A program made the position numbers and the translations under genes. The notes beneath the pieces are model-generated. The model made no database searches and had not been told where the DNA came from. It was given only the letters and a program-made list of their open reading frames with translations. This document shows positions 7,401-14,843 of a stretch of 34,410 nt of DNA, piece by piece (position 1 is the stretch's first letter; the number at the start of each line of letters is the position of its first letter). This DNA comes from Planctomycetota bacterium (lineage in GTDB: Bacteria; Planctomycetota; GCA-002687715; CAIWVZ01). Location: the NCBI GenBank assembly GCA_017853435.1, contig JAFMJN010000003.1, forward strand, positions 1 through 34,410, read 5' to 3'.

Positions 7401-9835
7401 CGTTCGAGATCGCCGAGCAACGCGAGGTAACGCGCCAAGGCCGGACGTTCGGGCGAATCGGCTTCGACGTCCGGAGCCGTCCACGCGCCGGCCCCGGTTG
7501 AGAACGCCGAGGGAAACAGGCGTTTCGCCCACGAGGCGGGTGCATCGAGTTCAATCGCGGCTTCGGCGTGTCGGCCCGCACGCAAGAGCATCCCGGAGAG
7601 TTCGATCGTGATCTCGGTGCGGTCGAGGTCCGACAGCGTGCGACTCCCGGACAACAATCCGCGCAGACAGCGATGCGCCGTCGACGCGTCGTCCTCGCGC
7701 ATCGCGAGTCGGGCGCGGCGGAGGATCCACTCGATGTCGATCGCGGGGTGCGACGATCGGCTCGACTCCAAGACACGACGCGCTTCCGCGGCATCGCCGC
7801 GGGCGAGCAGCACGTCGAAGAGATGGAGGCCCGCGACCCGCACGAACCAGACCGGTCCGTCGACGCATCCATGGGCGGCCTCGAGCAGAGCGACCGCTTC
7901 GACTTCGCGTCCCGATCGGCGCAACGACGTCGCTTCGTCGAGCACCTTGTCGAACGTGCCTTCAAAAATCCCGCCCTTCAGGCGATGAAGAAGGACGTCG
8001 TGACGCGGTGCCTCGGTCGCCTCGAGGGCACGCGACAAACGCGCGTGAGCCTCCGCGTCGGCGTCGCGAGCGAGTCGCTCGGCGACGTCGGCATCCGCGA
8101 GAGCCACCCCTTCGGCCACGCGGACGGCCTCCCCCGTTCCGACCAACTCCGCGACACCACGTTCGGCGGCGGCCTCGCCGTGGAGAACGTCGAGGACGGC
8201 CCGCGAAACGGCGCCCGCGGCGAGCGCGAGCGTCGCCGCGACGGCCCGCGCCTCCGTGCCGAGCACCGCGATCCGTCCTTCGAGACGCCCCGAGGCCGCG
8301 ATCACGTCGGCGAGGGACACGCCGCGCGCGAGAAGATTCAGTCCGTCGACGACCGCCCCGGGGCAGCCACCCGCTTCGGCGACCAACGTGGCGACGGCCG
8401 CGGGATCGTCGAAGTCCGGTGCCGCCGCGCGCGCGAGCAGCGTCGCTTCCTGCCGTGACATCGGAGGAACGGGGACGACCGTCGCGGCGCCCGGGGCGGC
8501 ATCGCTCTCGAACCACGCACGCTGGCGCGCGTCGGCGAGCCCGACCGGGTCGTATGCGACCAAAACTTGAACCGTCGCCCCCGGCCGGGATCCGTCCGGG
8601 TCTTCCGCCAATTGACGGAAAAGACGTTGAAAGACGTCGCGACTCGCGGCGTCGCAACGCTCGAAGTCGTCGAGCACGAGCACCGTTCGCCTGCGGGACG
8701 CCCGCGACAGAAGTGCGTCGGCGAGCCGATCGAAGATGCCGTCCCGTTCCTTCCCCGACGCCCCGTCGAGAAGGCCGTCGAAGCCGGAGCTTCGATCCTC
8801 GGCGGTCTCGAGCATGGCGAGCAACCGCCGTACGGGCCCGAGCGTCGCACCCGACGCGGAGGCACCGTCGAACCGATCGCGCAACACGCGGACTCCGCTC
8901 GCCGACAGCGACGCCGCGGTCTTCGACAAAAGTCGACTTTTACCGGATCCCGATCCGCCCCGCACGGCGACGACGGAAGAGGGGCGCGGACTCCCCGCCC
9001 GCAGGGAGGGCGGGAACGCGCGAAGGACACGGTCGAGCAACACGCCGTGACGCACCCAAGGCGGACGACGACGCACCGCCGATTTCGGGAGGCGACCGAG
9101 CAACGCCGTCGCCGCCCGAACGTCGCCGGGACGACGTGTCGGATCGGTCGACAAGCAGGCGGCGAGGAACGGCGCCAACGGACCCGCGACGTCGTTCGGA
9201 ACGGTCGCGGGGTCGGTCGTCGGAACACCCGTCAGAAGTTCGGCGACCGTCGCGCCGAGCGACCAGAAATCCGCGCGACGATCGGGCCCGGATCGTCCCG
9301 CGTAGGCTTCCGGGGCCGCATAGGCGGGCGTCCCGCGTCCGACGCCGCCCGCGCCCGCCGCGAGGTCGAGATCGAGCAACACGACGCGCCCGTCGGACGG
9401 ATCGAATTGCAGATTGGCGGGTTTGACGTCGAGGTGGACGAATCCGCGATCGTGCAGTTCGCGAAGAGCGTCGAGACACCCGTAGGCCACGTCGACGACC
9501 GCCTCGGGCAGAAGGGCTCCATGCGCCGCGAGATTCCTCCCCGGCGCCTTCTCCATCGCGAGCCACGTCACGTCGAACGCCGCATCCACGCCGAAGTCGA
9601 TCGCGCGGACGAAACCGGGATGATCGATATCGGAAAGGATGCGCCACTCCTGCGCGAGACGCGCGGGGCGTCCCGACGCGAGGTCGCGACCTTCGACCGC
9701 CTTCACGACGCACGGCTCGCCGCCCGTCCAACGATCGAACGCGACGACCACGCGCGAATCCGCTCCGTGAAGCACGGAGAGAATCTCGAACCGCCGTCCG
9801 AGGACGGATCCGACTTCGATGTGGTTGAGGCTCAC
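4421..9835 (-). CDS. Multidomain signalling protein: Ser/Thr kinase + STAND/AAA ATPase + TPR + GAF + histidine kinase + receiver
   Basis: Kinase: VVK, HLDVKPAN, DLDLA, GTPAYAAPE, DFWSLG. ATPase: GGSGSGKS, VLVLDD, GGCP. TPR helices: ANSLGVV, WISLANI, LNNLGAV. GAF: RSVMAAP..GLLYVD..F..DLDIL. H-box AHDFNNLL; N/G1/F/G2 boxes NLALNA, DTGVG, FDPWFTT, GSGLGM. Receiver: VLVVDD, LTDLGM, VTG, KPF. Confidence 0.9.
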   Translation of the reverse strand: MSLNHIEVGSVLGRRFEILSVLHGADSRVVVAFDRWTGGEPCVVKAVEGRDLASGRPARLAQEWRILSDIDHPGFVRAIDFGVDAAFDVTWLAMEKAPGRNLAAHGALLPEAVVDVAYGCLDALRELHDRGFVHLDVKPANLQFDPSDGRVVLLDLDLAAGAGGVGRGTPAYAAPEAYAGRSGPDRRADFWSLGATVAELLTGVPTTDPATVPNDVAGPLAPFLAACLSTDPTRRPGDVRAATALLGRLPKSAVRRRPPWVRHGVLLDRVLRAFPPSLRAGSPRPSSVVAVRGGSGSGKSRLLSKTAASLSASGVRVLRDRFDGASASGATLGPVRRLLAMLETAEDRSSGFDGLLDGASGKERDGIFDRLADALLSRASRRRTVLVLDDFERCDAASRDVFQRLFRQLAEDPDGSRPGATVQVLVAYDPVGLADARQRAWFESDAAPGAATVVPVPPMSRQEATLLARAAAPDFDDPAAVATLVAEAGGCPGAVVDGLNLLARGVSLADVIAASGRLEGRIAVLGTEARAVAATLALAAGAVSRAVLDVLHGEAAAERGVAELVGTGEAVRVAEGVALADADVAERLARDADAEAHARLSRALEATEAPRHDVLLHRLKGGIFEGTFDKVLDEATSLRRSGREVEAVALLEAAHGCVDGPVWFVRVAGLHLFDVLLARGDAAEARRVLESSRSSHPAIDIEWILRRARLAMREDDASTAHRCLRGLLSGSRTLSDLDRTEITIELSGMLLRAGRHAEAAIELDAPASWAKRLFPSAFSTGAGAWTAPDVEADSPERPALARYLALLGDLERAQGRPESAVVRLRAAREAAAGSIDPDLVGSIEHMLGNASLALNDLETAEACFRRALPLRRQRCDLLGWADSANSLGVVLRRRGRTAEAIEQFTASLRLRRQAGQTSREGASWISLANIHFERRELDAAARHYARALVLYRRIGDIAGQAMVLNNLGAVAFMQGAADEAERHYRESERLDRSLGNIAGALVRRFNLADVLATFGKAADARRHAEVLRRVETRRGAHTLAAKTALLEARCALVEQDAEGALMAAARATRAPGAGDDDRRDARLVVAQADFLRGRWGDAFAKAIEILKAATEIEVRCAAAEVVGAAACRTGEAACRESAPLLAEAATAAERAGMHWARFLASAAAGTVYRELEEPHRARAAFHDAFEALERVAFGLTDRTTMAALIALPSVVAFRREVADLGDEVRKRRPRVDDESVSRFLGGLKDALFEAERGDVPARRDRGDGLRGVLEVARSLAEAGNDAELHVRICDGLVHLFKAERAFLVMVDEKGRLRIPSARTAAQEPIEDPESQVSRKIVDETLRSGTGRRFDNAMSDGTLDPASSVTTLELRSVMAAPMTWDGRIRGLLYVDHRLNTGHFSGTDLDILEALAAQAAVAMDRARLERERRRNESLKLVGDLSGGVAHDFNNLLAAILGRAQELETRGLSAEHATAVATIAKAARDGAVVVRRLQDFARTRRDSDAETVDVGGLLSDVVEFTRTRWEGDALRRGIRIAVTVESARDAWVRGNPAELREVFTNLALNAVKAMPAGGELALTAVVDGETVVATVSDTGVGMTEEVRERIFDPWFTTSTEGSGLGMSVVWGIVTRHGGSIAVDSRVGSGTRMRVTLPKVDAAPSPRVESAAAPTGLLAGRRVLVVDDETSVRLVIADILSGFGAEVDTAGDGREALVLFSKRSHDVVLTDLGMLPVNGWELAAGVRRKDPSVGVVLVTGWGTEIDPREARVRGIDYVLNKPFELPDLAAIVARTVETVASRREGKERAEVN

Positions 9836-9878
9836 GCGGGTTCGGAGCGCGAACGGGAATCCCGTCCCTCTCCGCGGT

Positions 9879-9885
9879 TATGATA
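9879..9885. promoter_or_regulatory. Overlapping divergent -10 elements (TATGAT on +, TATCAT on -)
   Basis: TATGATA is the most AT-rich patch in the 80-bp gap between the divergent kinase and polA starts. Confidence 0.45.
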
Positions 9886-9915
9886 GCGGTCCACGCTCGA
9901 AAGGGGGCGGGATTC

Positions 9916-12648
9916 ATGACCGAAGGAAACGACGGCACGCGCAGACAAGCGGTACTCCTCGTCGACGGATCCGCGTTGGCCTACCGCGCCCATTTCGCGA
10001 TGGCCCGCTCCGGACTGTCGTTGGCCGACGGCACGCCGATCGGTGCGGTCTTCGGCTTCGCGAACGACCTGCACCGCCTGCTCGGATCCATCGCGCCGAC
10101 CCACGCCGCCGTTGTCTTCGACACGAAGGACCCCACCTTCCGCCACGCACTCTACCCCGACTACAAGGTGACGCGCGAGAAGATGCCGGACGAACTCGTC
10201 GTGCAACTCCCGTGGCTCGACCGCGTCGCCGAAGCCCTCGGATTCGCCGTCCTACGCCAGCCCGGCCACGAAGCCGACGACGTCATCGGTACCCTCGCGA
10301 AGCGGGCCTCCGCGGCGGCGTTGCCGACGGTCATCGTGACGGGAGACAAGGACCTCTGCCAGCTCGTCGACGACCACGTCCGGATTTGGGTGCCCGCCCG
10401 CGACGGCGGCGCACCGACCGAACTCGATGCGGCGGGCGTCGTGAATCGTCTCGGCGTGCCCCCCCACCGCGTCGTCGACTTCCTGTCGCTCGTCGGCGAC
10501 GCGTCGGACAACGCTCCCGGTGTCCCCGGTGTCGGTGAAAAGACGGCGATCACGTTGATCGAACGTTTCGGAGGCCTCGACGACGTGCTCGCCCACGCCG
10601 CGGAAGTCGACAAGCCGAAGTTGCGCGAAAGCCTCATGAACAATCGCGAGGTGGCCGAACTCACGCGCAAGTTGGTGACCATCGACACGGATTGCCCGCT
10701 GCCCGCGACGTTCGAAAGTTTGGCCTTCGGCGGGCCGAACATGGGCGACGCCGCCGCCCTGTTCGGGAAGCTCGGCTTCCGCACCCTCGGAAAGGCCTAC
10801 GCCGAAACACCGAAGCCCGTGGCCGCGGTCTATCGGATCATTCGAACCGAATCCGAATTGGACGCGCTCCTCGCCGAACTTTCGACGGCCGATCTCGTCG
10901 CCCTCGACACGGAAACGACGTCGATCGACCCCCTCGAAGGCGTTCTGGTCGGCGTCTCCGTGTCGACGAAGGACGGCGACGCCGCCTACGTCCCCATGAA
11001 TCTCGATCCGGCCGTCGTCGAAGATCCGCCGGGGGCGTCGTTCCGCGGAGCGGCGACGTTGGCGCGACTCAAACCGTGGATCGAAGACGTCTCGAAGCGG
11101 AAGTGCGGCCAAAACGCGAAGTACGACATCCTCGTATTCCGCCAACACGGCGTACGCCCCGCGGGCTACGTCACCGACACGATGCTCGCGTCCTATCTGC
11201 TCGAACCGGGCAGTCGCGAACACAACCTCGACGCGTTGGCGCTGCGCCACTTCAACTACACGAAGATCGCCACTGAAGAACTCCTCGGCAAAGGGCCGAA
11301 CGCCCTGACGATGGACCTCCTCCCGGTGGACGAGGTCGGCAAGTACGCGTGCGAAGACGCCGATTTCACCCGTCGTCTCGCCGTGCGATTCCTTCCGGAA
11401 ATCGACGCCGCTTCCCTGCGCCCGCTTCACGACTCCGTCGAAATGCCGCTCGTCGGCGTGCTCGCCGACATGGAAGAGACCGGCGTTCGCGTCGATCGCG
11501 ATGCGTTGAAGAAGATGGCGCGGGAACTCGAGGCCGAAGCGGAGCGGCTCGGCGACGCCATCCGCGAGATCGCGGGCCGCGACTTCAATCCCAACAGTCC
11601 GAAGCAACTCGGCGAATGGCTCTTCGAAACCATGAAAGTCCACGAAGCGGTGGGCTACAAACCGAAGCGCACGAAGACGGGCTGGGGAACGTCGGCCGAA
11701 GTCCTCGAAGAACTGACCGACGTTCCGCTCGTGCGTCAGATCATCGAGTACCGGGAAGTCTCGAAACTCGTGTCGACGTACGTGCTCCCGCTTCCCGACC
11801 TCGTTCGGCGAGACGGCCGCATCCACACCTCGTTCAACCAGGCCGTCGCCGCCACGGGTCGACTCTCGTCGTCGAATCCGAACCTGCAGAATATTCCGAT
11901 CCGCAAGGAATCCGGTCGGCGGATCCGAGCGGCCTTCCTGCCGACGGACGACGCGCACGTTCTTCTTTCCGCCGACTACTCGCAGATCGAACTCAGACTC
12001 TTGGCGCATTTCGCGAAGGACGAAGCGCTGCTGCTCGCCTTCCGCGAGGGACGCGACATCCACCGGGAAACCGCGGCTCGCGTCTTCGGCGTCGCTCCCG
12101 ATTCCGTCGATGCGGCGACGCGCGCCCGCGCGAAAGCCGTCAACTTCGGAGTCCTCTACGGGATGGGCCCCAATCGTCTCGCCCGCGAAACCGGGCTGAC
12201 GCTCGACGAAGCGAAAGCGTTCATCGCGCGCTATTTCGACGCGTTCCCGAAGGTACGCGGATTCCTCGACGGGTTGAAGGACGAAGCCCGCCGCACGGGC
12301 ATGGTGACCACGATCCTGGGAAGGCGTCGGCCGATCCCGGAGATCACCTCTCCGAACGGGATGCTTCGCTCACAGGCGGAAAACATGGCGGTCAACACGC
12401 CGATCCAAGGGTCGGCCGCCGACCTCATCAAGGTGGCGATGATCCGAGTCGCCGGAGCGCTCGCATCCGGAGGTCTCGCGTCGAAACTCGTGCTGCAGGT
12501 CCACGACGAACTCCTGCTCGACGTGGCGGTTTCGGAACTCGACACCGTGAAGGCGTTGGTCCGCGACGGCATGGAGAACGCGTTCGCGCTCGACGTTCCG
12601 CTGAAGGTCGACATCGGCACCGGCGCGAGCTGGCTCGAAGCGCACTAG
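9916..12648 (+). CDS. polA: DNA polymerase I
   Basis: 5'-3' exonuclease (LVDGSALAYRAHFA, EADDVIGT, LVGDASDN); intact 3'-5' exonuclease motifs (LDTETT, QNAKYD, YACEDA); polymerase motifs A SADYSQIELR, B KAVNFGVLYG, C QVHDEL. ATG at 9916 chosen as start. Confidence 0.97.
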   Translation: MTEGNDGTRRQAVLLVDGSALAYRAHFAMARSGLSLADGTPIGAVFGFANDLHRLLGSIAPTHAAVVFDTKDPTFRHALYPDYKVTREKMPDELVVQLPWLDRVAEALGFAVLRQPGHEADDVIGTLAKRASAAALPTVIVTGDKDLCQLVDDHVRIWVPARDGGAPTELDAAGVVNRLGVPPHRVVDFLSLVGDASDNAPGVPGVGEKTAITLIERFGGLDDVLAHAAEVDKPKLRESLMNNREVAELTRKLVTIDTDCPLPATFESLAFGGPNMGDAAALFGKLGFRTLGKAYAETPKPVAAVYRIIRTESELDALLAELSTADLVALDTETTSIDPLEGVLVGVSVSTKDGDAAYVPMNLDPAVVEDPPGASFRGAATLARLKPWIEDVSKRKCGQNAKYDILVFRQHGVRPAGYVTDTMLASYLLEPGSREHNLDALALRHFNYTKIATEELLGKGPNALTMDLLPVDEVGKYACEDADFTRRLAVRFLPEIDAASLRPLHDSVEMPLVGVLADMEETGVRVDRDALKKMARELEAEAERLGDAIREIAGRDFNPNSPKQLGEWLFETMKVHEAVGYKPKRTKTGWGTSAEVLEELTDVPLVRQIIEYREVSKLVSTYVLPLPDLVRRDGRIHTSFNQAVAATGRLSSSNPNLQNIPIRKESGRRIRAAFLPTDDAHVLLSADYSQIELRLLAHFAKDEALLLAFREGRDIHRETAARVFGVAPDSVDAATRARAKAVNFGVLYGMGPNRLARETGLTLDEAKAFIARYFDAFPKVRGFLDGLKDEARRTGMVTTILGRRRPIPEITSPNGMLRSQAENMAVNTPIQGSAADLIKVAMIRVAGALASGGLASKLVLQVHDELLLDVAVSELDTVKALVRDGMENAFALDVPLKVDIGTGASWLEAH

Positions 12649-13526
12649 TCCGCGGGGTTCGGGTTCGAAAGGCGGTCGGGAGGGGTTCGCAGCTCCCGCC
12701 GCCGCGCGAGCAGCATCAACATGCCCACCGCGACGAGTCCCGTCACGAGGCCGAGGAACTGACTCGTCGACAACGGACCGACCGTTCCGCGGTCGGCGTC
12801 GTCGCGGAACACTTCGATGATCGACCGGGTCACCGCCTTCAGGAGCACGAAGGTCCAAAACACCTGTCCGTGGAACGCCTTCGTCCGCCACATCCACAGA
12901 AGAATCAGGCAGAGCAGGAATCCGTTGACGGACATGTACACCTGAGTCGGGTGAAGGAAGAGCCCCTGATGATCCCCCGCGAGGTTCCCGTTGTTCGCGG
13001 GAATCGGAATCCCGAGGAAGGAGCCGTGCTCGAAGCGCGTCGAAAACTTGATGGCGAGCGGGAACGACGGGTCGCAGGGCTTGCCGTAGTCGTCGCCGAC
13101 GAGAAGACATCCGATACGCCCGATCCCCAATCCGAGCGCGCCGGCGACGCCGCCCGCGTCGGCGACCTGCCACAGCGGAAGCTTCTCCTTCACGGCGCGC
13201 CAGATTCCGAGCGACACGGCTCCGATCATGCCGCCGTACATCACCATGCCGCCCTTGTCGATGCGGATGGCGTCGATCCATCGACCTTCGAATTCGTGCC
13301 GCTGCACGATGACGTAGAGCGCGCGCGCCCCGAGGACGACCCCGATCAGGATCCAAAAGAGGACCGAATCGAGACCCCGAAAATCCGTGAATCCCTCACG
13401 GCGCAACAACCGCTCCATGAGCTTCGAACCGAAAAGGAACGCCAACGCCACCATGAGCCCGAACGACTGGATCGGAATCGCGTGATCCGTGAACGGGACG
13501 GGAATTTTGAAGAGGACGGGCCACAT
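12645..13526 (-). CDS. lgt: Prolipoprotein diacylglyceryl transferase
   Basis: MWPVLF, GARALYV, GGMVMYGG, GRIGCLLVGDDYG, HPTQVY and R-x-x-IEVFR motifs; multiple TM segments. Confidence 0.92.
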   Translation of the reverse strand: MWPVLFKIPVPFTDHAIPIQSFGLMVALAFLFGSKLMERLLRREGFTDFRGLDSVLFWILIGVVLGARALYVIVQRHEFEGRWIDAIRIDKGGMVMYGGMIGAVSLGIWRAVKEKLPLWQVADAGGVAGALGLGIGRIGCLLVGDDYGKPCDPSFPLAIKFSTRFEHGSFLGIPIPANNGNLAGDHQGLFLHPTQVYMSVNGFLLCLILLWMWRTKAFHGQVFWTFVLLKAVTRSIIEVFRDDADRGTVGPLSTSQFLGLVTGLVAVGMLMLLARRRELRTPPDRLSNPNPAD

Positions 13527-13561
13527 GACGCCCGAAGGATACGCGCCCGCGCCGTTTCGTC

Positions 13562-13590
13562 TTGAGGAACCGGGAGGCGGGGCCTATCAT
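13562..13590 (+). promoter_or_regulatory. Candidate sigma70 promoter for prs (TTGAGG-17 bp-TATCAT)
   Basis: TTGAGG at 13562-13567, 17-bp spacer, TATCAT at 13585-13590, within the lgt/prs divergent gap. Confidence 0.55.
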
Positions 13591-13672
13591 CCGCCCACTT
13601 CGCGGAGGCCGCCGGGGGTGATGCCGGCGTCCGTTCTTCCCCGCGAAGCGGCCGTCCGAACCGGGAAACGCG

Positions 13673-14713
13673 ATGACCACTCAGCAGAACCGCCGCCCTG
13701 ACCGCGGAAAGCTCTCCCTGATCGCTTGCAACTCGGGGAAACTCTTCGCCAGCCGCATCGAACGCCAACTGATGGAACTGGTGCGCGAGGAGGACGGCAC
13801 GGCCGAGCCCGTCATGCGGGAATCCGAAGAGGTGACCTTCGCCAACGGCGAACTGAAGACGGTCATCCACGAGAACATCCGCGGCGACGACGTCTACGTC
13901 GTCCAGTGCATCGACGACCCGGGTTCCGGCAAGACCGTCAACGACAACATCATGGCCCTGATGACGGCCATCCACGCGGCGTTTCAGTCGGACGCCGAAA
14001 GCATCACGGCGGTCATTCCGCAATTCCCCTATTCGCGACAGGAGCGCAAGAAGGCCCGCGAGTCGATCACGGCGAAGCTGATCGCCGGGATGCTCGAAAG
14101 CGCGGGCGCCAATCGCGTCATCACGCTCGACATCCATTCCGAGGCGATCGAAGGCTTCTTCAATCAGTCGATCTTGGAAGACCTCCACGCGTCGAAGGCC
14201 CTCATCGACTACTACAAGGCCCGTTTCTCGACGGACAATCTTTGCATCGTCGCCCCGGACACGGGCGGCGCGCATATGGCGCGCCACTATTCGAACGTGT
14301 TCCAGGCGGCCCTCGCGGTCGTCGACAAGGCGCGCGATTATTCGAAGGCGTCGGTGATCGAAAGCATGCGCCTCGTCGGCAACGTCGACGGCAAGCGCGT
14401 GTTCATGCCGGACGACCTCATCGCGACCGGCGGCACCCTGATCAACGCCTGCCGCCTCCTCAAGGAGAACGGCGCCCGCGAAATCGTCCTCGCCTGCTCG
14501 CTCCCGTTCCTCAACGGGAACGCCAAGGAGAAACTCGCGAAGGCGCACAAGGAAGGGCTCTTCGAGGCCCTGATCGGGACCGATTCGGTCCACCACGGCG
14601 AATCCTTCTTCCGCGACAACCCCTGGTACCACGAGGTCACCGTGGCGCCCCTGTTCGCCAACGTCATTTTCAACATCAATCGCCGTCGTTCGGTGAGCGC
14701 CCTCCTGCGCTGA
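13673..14713 (+). CDS. prs: Ribose-phosphate pyrophosphokinase (PRPP synthetase)
   Basis: FANGE, ENIRGDDVYVVQ, FPYSRQERK, TLDIHS, VAPDTGG and the PRPP-binding loop DDLIATGGT. Confidence 0.95.
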   Translation: MTTQQNRRPDRGKLSLIACNSGKLFASRIERQLMELVREEDGTAEPVMRESEEVTFANGELKTVIHENIRGDDVYVVQCIDDPGSGKTVNDNIMALMTAIHAAFQSDAESITAVIPQFPYSRQERKKARESITAKLIAGMLESAGANRVITLDIHSEAIEGFFNQSILEDLHASKALIDYYKARFSTDNLCIVAPDTGGAHMARHYSNVFQAALAVVDKARDYSKASVIESMRLVGNVDGKRVFMPDDLIATGGTLINACRLLKENGAREIVLACSLPFLNGNAKEKLAKAHKEGLFEALIGTDSVHHGESFFRDNPWYHEVTVAPLFANVIFNINRRRSVSALLR

Positions 14714-14746
14714 AAGCCCAAGGCGGCGAAACGGTTTGCACGATTC

Positions 14747-14774
14747 GAGCCCCCCGGAAAAACCCGGGGGGCTT
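14747..14774. terminator. GC-rich hairpin after prs (possible terminator or processing site)
   Basis: GAGCCCCCCGG-aaaaac-CCGGGGGGCTT, an 11-bp stem. No clear U-tract follows. Confidence 0.45.
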
Positions 14775-14843
14775 CGTCGTCTCCGGGCCGTAGGAGGAAG
14801 CGTTAGACTAGTTCCCGGGGGTCCCCCCTTCGAGTCCACGCAC

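Noticed and set aside
4421-9835. Reading the STAND-TPR protein as an Avs-type anti-phage defence system
   Set aside because: Its outputs are kinase and receiver domains rather than nuclease, TIR, SIR2 or pore effectors, and its neighbours are housekeeping genes with no defence-island or mobility markers. A defence role cannot be excluded but is unsupported.
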